The position numbers and the translations under genes are program-made. A model generated the notes under the pieces. It worked only from the letters and a program-made list of their open reading frames with translations. It made no database searches and was not told the origin of the DNA. Below are positions 34,633 through 50,150 of a stretch of 64,000 bases of DNA, in pieces (the first letter of the stretch is position 1; each line of letters starts with the position of its first letter). The stretch is taken from contig OZ199839.1 in assembly GCA_964304625.1 (NCBI GenBank), positions 6,151,000 through 6,214,999 of the forward strand, given 5' to 3'. Source of the stretch: Kudoa neothunni (taxonomy: Eukaryota > Animalia > Cnidaria).

Positions 34633-35610
34633 TCGCACGCGCCCCATGGGATTGCATTAACATCTTTTTAACTTCTATTCATTTTGGTTCGAATCTCGGC
34701 TCGAACACCTTGTGTCAGGATGTCTTTTACGGCAGCTTGAAGTTTACGCGTAGAAAAAATGGATATTTCATCAACCTTATAAAAAAATGGGGCAGATTTT
34801 TACCCCAAGTGAATTTTACACAACAATATCATAGCGTATTAATGGAACATAACTTCTATCCAATTTTTGAAATCCAATATCTTTACGAAAGCTTTTAAAA
34901 AAATGAATTTAATTTTTTTCCTTACATTAAAAAATCAATGTATAAATACCCCCTAAATAAAATCGGGGTAGAAATCTACCCCACATTTTTCTTTTCTAAA
35001 ATTTTCTAAGTGTTGGTGAAAGTAATTTTAAAAATTTCCGGAAATTCTATTGAGAAAATAACGAAACACTATACATGCGATTCCCTACAGCATACACAAC
35101 ATCAATATAATTATGTAATCCTCTCTGAATGCAACGATAACGATAATTCCTCGTACCCTGATTATTCTTATACTAGTTATTTAAAATAAGATAAATTAAT
35201 TGGCAGAAGTTTAAAAAGTTGGATTAAAGTTAAATACTAAGGAAACTTAGAGATAGCCCCATAAATTCAATTATACTCCAACGAGACATAACACATTACA
35301 TCTTCGCGCAAGCGTAAACAGAATGTAACCTTAATAATTGATCATTTATTCGAATTTTACCAGTATATGCTGACTTTCATTTGAGACAATTTTATCAAAT
35401 AAAAACGTGGGGTAGATTTCTACCTCATTTCTTTTATTTGAGGGTGTATCTATTTCAGCTAATTAGAAAAGTTAAAAAAGACGAAATAAATCGAGCCTAT
35501 GTTTAATTCAAATTTAATTAAAACCCTAATGTAATTGTTTTTAATTTGGATAATAAAATCCGCTCGTAGAGTGTTAAATGGATTAATGCATAATTTTCAA
35601 GGCGCGCGCA
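34633..35610. mobile_element. Unclassified TIR/foldback element with palindromic GGGGTAGAWWTCTACCCC motifs
   Basis: ~34941-34990 is an inverted copy of ~35401-35451. The outer ends CGCACGCGCC..TGCATTAA and TTAATGCA..GGCGCGCGCA also mirror each other. The motif occurs at ~34789, 34965 and 35408. Confidence 0.55.
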
Positions 35611-35767
35611 CTTAAATAACAAAATATATTTATCAATAATTCCATGCAACCTAAGACAAATTTCGCTCAAAAAATATATTTAACATAATTATATAAAATA
35701 TATTATAAAAATATATAATTTATTTTACTTTTACAAATATTAATTAACTAACCGATTTGCACGTGAG

Positions 35768-38760
35768 ATGACAAACATGAAGTTGAAGTTTTGTTTACCA
35801 GTGGACAACTGTTATAAGATTGTTCCAGTAGATGGGAATGGCGCCAGAATTGGTATAGTTTGTAAATGCACAAAAAACTACACAGAAAATGTGCATATTT
35901 TTATATTTTTAAGCGAGTTGATTGGTTTTAACTCAAAACATAGATCGAGATGAAAATTAAGGAGTTGAAAGAAAGAAATTATCGCGAAAAATTACGTGCT
36001 ATTGAAGCCAATGGGACCGAGTATTTAACATTAGTAATGTTAAATCAAGCAGAGAATTTTGTTTTAGAGTTGATGACAATGGCAACCTATTAGGTCACTC
36101 TATCAAAAACCTTCTAGAGTATATATTGGTGGGGAAAACCGTTGATATATATCATAATTTTGACGATCCTTATTTGCTGTTTCGAAATTTTATTGTTGTA
36201 CTCATAGTTACTATCATTTCAACCCCTAAATTTTTAATCCATTTAGGTTGGTATGGGTTTGATGATCAACTTGGTGATAGATACTTCCCATATTGTCTAT
36301 TTGGTTTATTTGTTTCGATATTTTGAGCAGTTTAAAGTATTTTAATCATCCTCAATATAAATATTGATAAATATAGATAAATATTGATAAATAAATATAT
36401 ATATATATATATATGTATATATCTATATTTATCTATATTTATCAATATTTATATTGAGAGATAATCCATTGTAACATTATTTTTCTATAACAAAATACCT
36501 TCAGGTTGACAATATATTTGTTTTTGTAAGAGGTATAAATTTCTAGTTATTTATTAAATAAATAGCGGATTTTCTTTTAGATTCCTGTTGTCTCCCTATG
36601 GTCTTAAGAAAGTACGGGGTCAACATTAATTCATCATTTTCAAAAATATTTGTAGATTATTAACTTGGTTTTATTGTGTGACATTTTTGGATATTAATTC
36701 ATTAGATGTGATCAAGTAATCTTAGATTTAAATTTTTTTATTAAGATTTGAAAATTAAATCATTTCTCTAGAGAATCCATTTCTAACGATACTTATCGAT
36801 CCACTACCCATATTATTATAAGTAATTGAAATGTAACTACAGAAAAATGACTGATAAATAGATTTGTCATTATTGGATGATAAATTAGTAATGGATAATC
36901 TAAAGTTGGTGCAATTATTGCAGGTTTTATCTCACGAAAGTGGGTTTTTTATCTCTCAGCACTCTAACTAGTGTAATACCACTATATAGATAGTGATGTT
37001 AAATACAATATTATATCGATGAGTCTTAGCGTTGTTTCTGTATTTTTTAAATGCTATCAACTCCCTTTAATATATCTACATCTAAATTTTTATCAGGACC
37101 CATATAAAAATGCTATTGAGCGAGTGAAAATTTCGGTGATACCGACATTTTCGTTTTCTGTAATTTTGCTGATTCGACGTAGTGTGATTTACATTAATTA
37201 GAGTTTTAAAGACAGTTTCCATAAATTCAATTTTTAAATACAGACCGGACTCTTTGGGAGTTTATTCATGAACACCTCATTAATGGTACTCATTTGTTAC
37301 AATGTGGAATCAGTTGTAAATTTATTCCACGTTAGATAGTTCAAAAATCTTTCAACTCCATCCTTCAACCGTGCCTAGCTTATTGTTTGTTTATTGTGAT
37401 AAAAATCGATTAAATTCGTCGACAACCACTGTAGACTCACTGACAAAGCGATTTTTATGCTTTAGTTTTTCAATTCAAACCAATTTTATAAAGGTGTCTT
37501 CCAGAAAATCTCAGAAATTGTTGAATTAGACGTTTTTAGAAATCTCGAAATGAATCAATCGGGAGTTGAACTTATGGATGAGGTTTTCTTTGGGTGTTTA
37601 GAATTTTTTTCGAGTAGAAATATTATTTTGAATACTACCTCCGATTCCATCATCAAGATAAACTACTCAAAAAAATAATGAACTAATTCAACTTGCTCAT
37701 CCAGTTATTTTATTTAGAGATAAAATTGGCGATTCCATATAAATTTTCTAGTTTATCTATAAAGATTTCTTGTTTATTGTTTTCAGTCTTACTATCCAAT
37801 TGCATTGTAAATATCAATTGCATTTATTCCGGTTTGACTCGTCTTCCTACCAACTGTCTATTGATTACAATAAAGTTGGTCGATTTTTCGCTTCATAAGC
37901 TCATCTGTCTTATTTTAGTTTGTAAAAACCTACCACGACCTTTATTACCTTCTTAAAGATCTATTCCATGGTCATATTCCAGTATGAGGATATCAATGGT
38001 TGATATCAGTATATTTTTCTTTAGGAATGCACCGATTTGAAGGATGTATGCTACGAGCTATTGCTTGAATGTTGTTTTTTGAAAGGTTGTTACGTAGCAA
38101 TAAAGTTTCTTCTATTGTGTGTATGTGATCTAATTACAATATAGAACAAAGTTCACCAAAGTAATCGTCTGCAATATCTTGAAGCGACCCCCTCTCAGAT
38201 AGTCCTCAGTGTGACAATTTTGACAAATCATATTCTGATGAAGGAAAATGATTTCACCCTTCGATGTTGTCATTTATATATTTATTTTTGTTTAAATTCC
38301 TAATAGATCTTTATTTCTCGATCTCAAATGGATTATTTTCATAGAGAAGTGTTTTATTTTGAAACCATTGTTCACATTAACGCGTCATTTATTGGATTTG
38401 TTACTCAATCGTAAAGATGATAGTTTTTGTTTCGTTATTGATTTGGTTTAGAGAACGTTTCTGTGTCTGGTTTGATCACACAAGTGGAAAGTCATGCTGC
38501 GTGTGATATCGCTTGCCCTTTAAAATGCACAGGCTGGGGTTTTTGGTTGGATAAAGCCTTAAATCTATTGTCACACTCAAATATCATTGAGCCCAGAGAA
38601 TGCGAGTCAATAAGTACATCTCTGTTGAAAGAATTCAAAGATCATATTGACGAGATAGTTTCTGGTTACAATATATATTAGTTTTTATTGTGTTTTTTGG
38701 CATTGTCATATCCCTTTGAAGTAGTATTTTCTAAATCAATTCAAACATTGAAATAAGAGG
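35768..38760 (+). CDS. Hypothetical multi-exon protein of unknown function (boundaries approximate)
   Basis: The first exons splice in frame through short GT-AG introns (MTNMKLKFCLP..TEN/IEMKIKELKE..GTE/VDDNGNLLG..). Further coding-like segments run to ~38670. No family recognised. Confidence 0.45.
36351..36458. repeat. AT-rich palindrome with ~34-bp arms around a (TA)n core
   Basis: CTCAATATAAATATTGATAAATATAGATAAATAT ... ATATTTATCTATATTTATCAATATTTATATTGAG. Confidence 0.85.
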
Positions 38761-38767
38761 TGTGCGT

Positions 38768-38897
38768 TTACTCCTGGCGATTTTTTCTATATCGATGAAT
38801 ACAACATAGTGTTGATAGTAAAATCATCGCTCCCACACTGACACAACACACTATTGCACTAGCTATCAGTATACGACGGTGAACGTGCCACGAAACT

Positions 38898-38929
<32 letters not shown>

Positions 38930-41278
38930 TATCATCATCATCATCAATATTATCAATATTATCAATAATATATGGATATGTTTAATTACAGAAAAATACT
39001 GTTACCTCTACACCGGCGTAATACACACTAGCTACTCCACAATAGTCCCTTGTATTTGCGGTAAATCGCATACACTCACCAGTTTTCCCACAATAAAAAC
39101 ACTGAGTGAAAGTCTCATTACATTTAGTAATAGCTCGGTAGTTTTACTTTTTTATTAGTTACACATGTTTCACAAGGATGATTGCTGCATTCGTCTATAC
39201 CTACTTAAATGTAAGTGCATATTAAATTGTATTACCGGGTGGAATCAAGTGGGGAGGACTGGTTGTGTATGATTCTTCATGAGGAAATTCAACAATAATC
39301 TGATGAATTAATATGCCGAATTCCTTGGTCAACCTTCCTTATATCTTCTTTTCTGTCTTTAAATAGATAGATAATGTTGTCTCGTAACGTATCCACATTT
39401 TTTAGAATTCGTCGTTTTATGCTTATGATTTCATTAACTTAATTATGTGAAAGATTAATCTATACATTGCAGAGCAATAAAAACATACACGTTTCTTGAT
39501 CAACTTCCAATATTATTGTATCTATAAAATAATTTTTATTGTCTTTATAATAGACATGAGTAACTTAAAAATATTGTTTTTACGTTTACATAACAATATA
39601 GTTAGATTATATTATATTAAGTATTGAGTCATAATTCATTTAATAATAATCGAGTATATTTTTAAAAATTTCGATAATTAAACAATTTATAATTTATTAG
39701 ATACATAAAAATTTAAAAAATTTCATTGTTTTCTTCACCTATAATTTTGTATATCTAAATGAAATGTAACGTATGATAACTTGAACGTGGCGAAGGGGGA
39801 GTCATTAAATTTAACAGTTAATACATGCAACAAATAAATTTCACGTGTAGTATTAACTTATTCGGTTTATTAGTATAACAAATTTATTTTCAAACGACTC
39901 GCTCTTTGCTTTGCAGTTGACATTAATATCGATGGAATTTTGAGGTCTAAAGGATTCAACGAATATAATATTTTAATGATAACTTGTAGTTTGGGCTATT
40001 ACATGCTATTTTTAGTCTTACAACTAGTAATTAATGGTTTCTATTAAGGTTTTTAATTATTATTTGTGTCAAGTTCTTGTCATTATCATTAATTAAATCT
40101 TAAAATATTTCTTTTTGTTTTAGTTTCACACATATCTCCAATTAAAATAAATTTTAAATATCATGTTTACCAATAAATTATCAAAAATTTCCTCAAAAAA
40201 TTCGAAGGTTGTATTAGCCAACATCGTAAAAATTGATTTTTAATTTAAGTTTTTTCGTTTCCAAAAATGGTTGAAACATTTTATTATTTTCTATTATAGG
40301 GCCCACACATTTAAATCTCTGTAAGAATATGACACTTTCCACCGATTAATACACAATTATTTAGAAAGGAAGAGTATTGTTTGTGGTAATCGGAATTTTT
40401 ATTATTCATTCATATATAAACGTGCTAGAACTCATTCTTTACCACCCTCAACCTATTGTATACAATGGAAGTCAAAATCACTTTTAGGCAAATAGTTAAT
40501 CATTTATTTAGACTAACGTAACAAGGGGAATCCTTTTGTTTCGAGATTTTTAACAATATATGATAATTACTCTAGATTATTGATGGACCCAGGGTAGTTA
40601 GTTGCACTACGAAAATTTTCTTATTCATATTTTTCTAAAACTTACAGAAAATTACGTTAGGAAATATTAGACCAGTATTTTCGAAGATATTCATTCCCTG
40701 ATATAGAGCCACTTTCTTAAAAATTCCCAGTGTGCAAACGTACATTGCTTTTAAGATTAAATTGTACAGCGCAAATAGCTTCTTTCATAATTAAATTTAT
40801 ATAAATATATAATATAAATTACTTAGTTATCAGAATAAAACATTTCCGATCTTTTAAAAAAATTAATTTATACTTTTGTAAATAATCAGAATAAAAAATT
40901 TAAATTATATAAAAATATGAGGTAAATACTCTCAATTTTAAAAATTAAATTAAAAAGAAATATAAATTTATTCTCGATTATGCTCGTTACTGTAACCAAC
41001 CTATAAGTTGACAAAAAACTCACTCGAATTGGTTTCATCTATATTTCCAAGGTTGCGATCAATTATCTTGCTAGACTAAAATTGATTGAAAAAATTATTA
41101 GGTAAGTAACACTCAAATACCTTCACCTTGTGGACAGATTCGTTAATACAATTGACATAGATATTGCTTATATTCCAAACCAGGCCAAACACAGCTAAAG
41201 AAATTTGACGATTTAATCATCCTCATATCTCAAACTAACCATACCGAATAAAGTAACTTTAAAAATGGTTAAATTCAT
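38768..41278 (-). CDS. Type I membrane protein with a PSI-like Cys module (PTTG1IP-like); internal exons partly unresolved
   Basis: Spliced signal-peptide-like start MNLTIFKVTLFAVFGLVWN (ATG 41278). Cys module DECSNHPCETCVTNKK/CFYCGKTGECMRF..YC. TM segment ILIASAIVCCVSVGAMILLSTLCC followed by basic HRYRK. Confidence 0.55.
38899..38968. repeat. (AAT)n/(ATC)n trinucleotide microsatellite, intronic
   Basis: Seen directly. It produces the spurious poly-Ile/Met start of ORF 38768-38965. Confidence 0.9.
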
Positions 41279-41453
41279 AATGCACTTATACTGATGTTAT
41301 CTAATGGTGGGAACAATATCAAACTGCTTTCCTGTTACTATATAAGAAACTACCGATGTGTACTAACTGGAATTATTGTATTATTTCGAACAATACACGA
41401 TGAAAACACAAACACAAAATATTATGATTAATCAGTGTGAGAATAGATAGTTA

Positions 41454-44293
<2,840 letters not shown>

Positions 44294-44609
44294 TGCGCTC
44301 TTTTCTCGCTAATCCGTGCATACCCGGATTAATAATTTATAATCCATTAAAATACAGGTATAATTTTATTTATACATATTTCCTCCAAATTAGAACATAT
44401 GAATCAGTCGTTTTATTGAAACAATACCTAAATTAATTATATTCTAATCACTGCTAATTTATATTTAGTTATTTGATTCGGAAACTATTGGGCAAATAAA
44501 CGCATCCATATTCCTTATAATTATTACATTTGATTTTACTTTTAGAAAAAAAGATGTGATAACAATAAAAATCATATAAAAAGAATAGTGATTGTTTGCG
44601 GTAAAAAAT

Positions 44610-45143
44610 TCAATATCGCAGGTTTTTATTAGCGGAAACAGTAATCAATCGATCAAAATTTGGTGAATCTATTCGTTCCCCCTTTAGCACACCCTGGAGA
44701 GGATTCAAAAGATGCTTGATAAGAAGTTGATTGACGTCGTTGAAAAAAATTCGAATCCCATCGTGATTGGGGACGTCATGTAACAAAATCATTCGAATAC
44801 CCGAATAACACAAATATCCGGATATCATGTATTCGCCATATTTGTCAACTTGTTTGAGGTAACTATCAGACAAAAATTACACCAAACCATTATTGGTCAC
44901 CGAATCTTACAACTGGTCGGTTTTAAATTTTATATCATCAACAGCATCCAGCGCCGAATGACACAAGTATTGAACATGGTGTTTGTAGTTGTCAGGCTGC
45001 AGATACATCAAATAGATTACTATAACGATAATTACTCTAGCTAAGAAACCATTTCGAGGACGAAAACAAAATTCAGTATCATACACCATACTATCGTCAT
45101 CTAACAGAATCATAAAATAGTAAAATTTGCATGAAGAAGACAT
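44610..45143 (-). CDS. TRAPPC2: TRAPP complex subunit 2 (sedlin/Trs20), 3 exons
   Basis: Motifs FYYFMIL..D..VYDTEF, HHVQYLCHSALDAVD, YLKQVDKY, RMILLHD, GIRIFFNDV..LLNP and IDSPNFD. Confidence 0.88.
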
Positions 45144-46060
45144 TAAATTGATGAAATAAGTCCAACTTAATGTCGGAATTCATCGCAATTTTCCGGCGAT
45201 TTTGTAAAAATTCTTTGGCCGTGTTTATTTTGCCGGACGCGCTTTTTCTCTTAAACTAATAATTCAGTCGTTATTATACCCACTAAAAAATATCTTTTAT
45301 AAAGGCGGAATATGAATTTGATTTCATTAATTCAGGGACGTACCTTAACCTAACCAATTTGTATCAATATATTCTAAATGAAACCAAGGTGTAGTACAAC
45401 TATTTGGCTAATTCTTTGATAAAATTCTTACAATAAAATAAATATCTCATGGAATGATTATACATCATTAAAATTTAATAAAATGTTGAGTATTCTATTT
45501 TTTCAATTTTTAGATAGATGATACCATGTAACTTCACATAAAATTAAGTTCTATTCCTATATATCGACATTATTATTATTATTATTATTATTGTTATCAT
45601 TATAATAAAAGAATTATTTTCTAAAATCTATAACTATTTGTAATACAACTTTTGGTCTGCCTCTCAACTTCGTCACTGTTGGTAACTTTATTCCTATAAT
45701 TTCGGGGATTTCGCAACATGGATAAAATTCAACTAGCTATCAAAGATGGATATTTAACCGTATAACCATTCACAATATCCTCGATTTTCATAACAGTTAT
45801 TTATGTGTCATTATCTCGAACTCCTTGTATATCGACCCTCTCCTTTCATTATTCCTCAGTAACGGAGGGTAAAATAAAAATTGTACTTAATGCACTCTTA
45901 TTAAATTTTGGATCTGAAATTTCTTGATTGTTGTTGATAATAGATTTAGAGGTTATTTTAAACTAAATTATGTTGATATATTAATAATAGAAAACATGAA
46001 CTATCTTATCCAAAGAATCCTCGTTAAAAATAAGCGAGATTAATTCATACAAAATTTTGT

Positions 46061-46571
46061 TTAACCCTTTGAACCCCGAATTTAATTCAGCGACTGAAAA
46101 GGTTATTTTTCCTCATTATGTTTAATTTTAAATAACTTCATTTAAAATATCCAAAAATTGAACCACTAATTTCAAAAATTATAGAGTTACACACATGGTG
46201 CCAAATGTCAACATGGATTAATCTGTCTTTTTAACATACATGTAAACACATATTTTTTTCTTAGATTCATTTTTAGAATAAACCTATTTAATAGTATATG
46301 TGTATATTTTTTAATTCTACCGAAACCTCCAAATTCTAAGTTAAATTGCATGGTACTTTTTGTTTTTTGTATATTTGCCGTCAAGTTTGATATTTGTCTA
46401 TATTGCTATTGATATAAAACGTATAAGTTTTTATAATTCATTTTTAAAAAATCACATAAATATGAACTATATTATTATGATAAAGATATATTTAAAAAAT
46501 GTAATTAAATGGTTAAAACACTCAAATAATTAAAATGTTGCCATTCGGCAATATCAGGACTTAAGGGTCAA
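46061..46571. mobile_element. piggyBac-type MITE (degenerate)
   Basis: TTAA-CCCTTTGAACCC at the left end and GGACTTAAGGG-TCAA at the right end. Confidence 0.45.
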
Positions 46572-47215
46572 TATATCATGTTTAGTCCTCAGCGATGCCA
46601 TTTTTTTTGCAAAGAATTTAAGCTTTAAATATCGATTAAAGGTAGAGTTTGGAGCAGATAATTCATTCGAATTTTATCTATTAGCCGGCTGCACATTACA
46701 AAAATAATTCTAAATATGTATATCTTTGGTCATTTTAATAAATGATGGGTAATGATTCTTGTGTCCCTTCCAATTATAAATTTTTTGGTCATATAAATCC
46801 ATATTCATTTTCTTTCTAATAGTAATAATATGTCTGCATGTTAACTTTATACTTAAGCTGACGCAACATGTTCAATTATCGGAATAAGATTCGATTTAAT
46901 TATTTATTTCAACTTTCATAATATTGTATGCATATAACGTGAATGATGTGTTATATCTTATATTAGTGTCTGAATTTCATTTTTTAACGGTTTGAGTTGT
47001 TAGCTCTTTAACTGCTCTACTCTCCCGCTCAGTTCTTATACTTGATAAACAAATTGGCAAATCTTCTATAATCTCCGATCCAGTAACAAAAGTGCTTCCG
47101 TTTTGAATACGTATCTATTGATTCTTTAGCCTTTCCAAAATTCGGTAATGAATCAACGACCTCAAGGTCTGGTATAGTATCTTGCATAATTAGCGTTTTA
47201 TCAGACTCTCCTTCC

Positions 47216-48051
47216 TTAACCTTCTAAAGAAGTGAAAAAAACTATCTTCGGAGGATCTTTGGGGTCAATTTGACCCCAGATTATTATTTGATAAACAAGT
47301 TCCAAAAATCGCTACCAATTCAATTTTCTGATACTTTCAATTTCCATCGACCATTTTTTCAGAAAAATAATATGAAATATAACAATTATTATTTAATTTC
47401 ACTTAGACCGTAATACTTTTTCAGTTGTTTTTATTAATCTAAACTAGCGCGAAACCCCACCTTTGTCAGGTTACACAAATATTTTGAGTTGAAGAACCCT
47501 TTTTAAAATCATGCAAAATATATTTATAATCTTAGTTACCCCTAGGATTAACGAAACTAAAATATTTTTAAAGAAAATCGCACAAGCTGTGTATCAACCA
47601 CCTCACACGGACCAAAATTTAAAGAAAGGGGAAATAGTCTTCGAATAATTGATAAAAAAACTCAAACCACATGCTCATGTTACAATAAATACTATTGCTC
47701 AGTTCGTTCATGAAGAAATGTAGGAATTGTTCAAATAATCAGATAATTCGGATCGAATTTTTAAAAATTTTTATAATTTTTTTGTTGCAAGAGGAATGTA
47801 TAGTATTCAATTTATCGACTAAAAGAATTGACGCAAAGTATCATTTTTCGTACAATCATTTGTGAACAGGATCCGAGATTATTAGGAAGATATTAACACA
47901 GATTAAATGATATATTAATCACCATTTTACCAAAGAATGAGTCGATAGAATTTACAAAACATCACTTTTGTACTTTTTAAAAAATTTTTATAGTATAATT
48001 GTAAAACAAAAATTTGGGGTCAATTTGACCCCAAAGTCCTCGGAGGGTTAA
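47216..48051. mobile_element. piggyBac-type MITE
   Basis: TTAA at both ends, with termini CCTTCT.. and ..CGGAGGG. The subterminal palindrome GGGGTCAATTTGACCCC occurs near both ends (~47261 and ~48016). Confidence 0.8.
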
Positions 48052-48498
48052 TGGTAGAATTAGGTATTATCATCGTTACTGTTGTATTTTAAAGGTCATT
48101 TTACTCGTTTATGATACTATACTACATACAGTTAACTTCATTAAAGAAATATACACTGGTTCATCAAAAACTTAAAGTATTAGTATTGATACTTATACGA
48201 GAATTAAAAATATCCTCGATCCACTTGGTTTCCTAACTGTTATCTAACAAAATAAATGAAACCAAATTTACATTTTGCATTTAAAAAAGATACTTTTGGA
48301 GAAAATGATAACGATTGAATTATTACTTAAAAGAAAAAGCGCGCTCAGCAAAATAGACACTGCCAAGTAGATTAATCCAGGTCCTTCTGATTGTTGGTCC
48401 GAGGCGAAAAACTTAAGTCAATGATAAAATTTTACGGCGAGCATGCTTTGTACCTAACGAGAACCGATCCTAAGAAATCAGAATTTCTCCCGATAATA

Positions 48499-49144
48499 CA
48501 GTCGAACCTCTATTATCTGGAAGTCGCGCTATTTTGGTGATATTTTAAATTTTATTTGGATTATATTGAGATTACGTGTCGATAAATGTTCGATTATCCA
48601 GAATCTCGCTAACCGTAACAATTATTTAATCGTAATTCCGATTTAAAATACTGCCATTCACCATAAGACTTATACGACGTAGCATATATACAAATTCGAT
48701 ACTTTAAACAAAAATATTTCTAATTATTTATTAATTTTTCTTTTAAAACTTAAATTAAGCATTCAGTCCTTACATAAACTTTTATTGTATCTGAACATAT
48801 GCCTGCATGTATATTAAACAAGCTTTAATTACCGATTATTTAAAAAAATGGATCATTTCTCTGTAGACGTGTTTTTCCCATAATTATGTACTGATTTTTC
48901 TTACAAGTTTCCATATTCTTTGTAATTAGATTTTCCAATTTTTATCAATTTAAATTGCGTAAGTCAAACTATTTCACTTAATAAATAGTAAAAATTGTTT
49001 ATAAATCAAATGATCAATCTTCTAAGTAGAATTTTTTTAAATTTGTAAACGTGTGACAATGCTTATCTTCGATTAACCGGAACCTCGCTATCCGGGGAAA
49101 ATCGCTGGTCCCAAATTTTCCACCGGATAGTCCAAGTTGGACTG
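48499..49144. mobile_element. Tc1/mariner superfamily (pogo/Tigger-like) MITE
   Basis: TA-CAGTCGAACCTC ... CAAGTTGGACTG-TA. Internal repeats CGATTAxCCxGAAxCTCGCTAxCCG at ~48592 and ~49070. Confidence 0.75.
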
Positions 49145-49366
49145 TATATCATGCACGATTTTCGCGTAATCGACTCCGAAATAAGTTTGATGCAAATAGT
49201 CATTTTTTTACAAAAAGCTATTTAATATATTTTTGATTCATCGATTAAAATTTTCTCAACAATTCCTTTAATTTTAAACGAAATTTTGTTAAATGAACAC
49301 GGAGAAAAACTAAAAATTAACTTTCCGATGTTGATTAATGATAGCTGGTGAGGTAAATTTTTAAGG

Positions 49367-50150
49367 ATGAGCGGTTTTGAGCACGAATTTATGTTGAATG
49401 ATGATACTGAGGCCAGTAAAATTTATGACGACAAAATTTCTGAAAATTGCTATGTTGATAAAAATAAAGATAAATGTTCGATTGAAAGACCTAGAATAGC
49501 GACAACGGGAAGGGAGAATATTATAAGCCAACACTCTGGAATAGCAACGTACGCTACAGCAAGAATCACCGAAATGGTGGATTCGTTTTTGATATTTTTC
49601 AATCAAACTTTTTTTCAAATGTGATATCAAAGACGAACAAGTTTGGATTGGTTCATTATAACAATAACTAGAAAACTTTAACCGATGTGGAAATGAAGGC
49701 TTACATAGATGTTCTTGTCTATGTAACTATTTCAAAACTAAGTTGGAGTCCATGATGTTGCTATAGAATGTCGAATAGGTAAACCTATATTCAGACAAAT
49801 AATGCCTCTAAAACGAATTACCAAAATATCGAGGACGCTCCACATTGATTACTTTGAAACTCATGAAGCTCGTCGTTCTGTAGACAAAAGTTTCCCAATG
49901 TTGAAAGTATTTGAAAACTGGATAGCTTGCATTTCCAAATTGGTTATACCTGGAGAGAATTTGACAATGGATGAACAATTTGTTGCGTTTCGTGGAAATG
50001 TCCCTTTAAAGTTTAAACAGTACATGCCTCCAAGACAGCTGCTTATGGCATCAAATTTTTCTTGGTCACCGATTCTGTAACGAAGAATACACATAACATA
50101 TCAGTGTGTTTAGGGAGGAATAATGATCAACGAGCGAAAAATGTCAACTC
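49367..50150 (+). pseudogene. piggyBac (PGBD4-like) transposase remnant
   Basis: PGENLTMDEQFVAFRG..FKQYMP followed by a frameshifted YGIKF. Stops and frameshifts between ORFs 49367-49624 and 49802-50080. Confidence 0.85.

Larger units (their letters stand above)
45215..48370 (-). mobile_element. Decayed Mutator-like element with long TIRs and two nested piggyBac-type MITEs
   Basis: 45215-45332 is an inverted copy of ~48248-48370. Minus-strand remnants FGKAKESIDTYSKRKHFCYW (~47080-47140) and IKLPTVTKLRGRPK (~45652-45692) resemble MULE transposase N- and C-terminal parts. Confidence 0.6.

Noticed and set aside
38900-38965. Poly-Ile/Met hydrophobic N-terminus of ORF 38768-38965
   Set aside because: It is the translation of an intronic (ATT)n/(GAT)n microsatellite.
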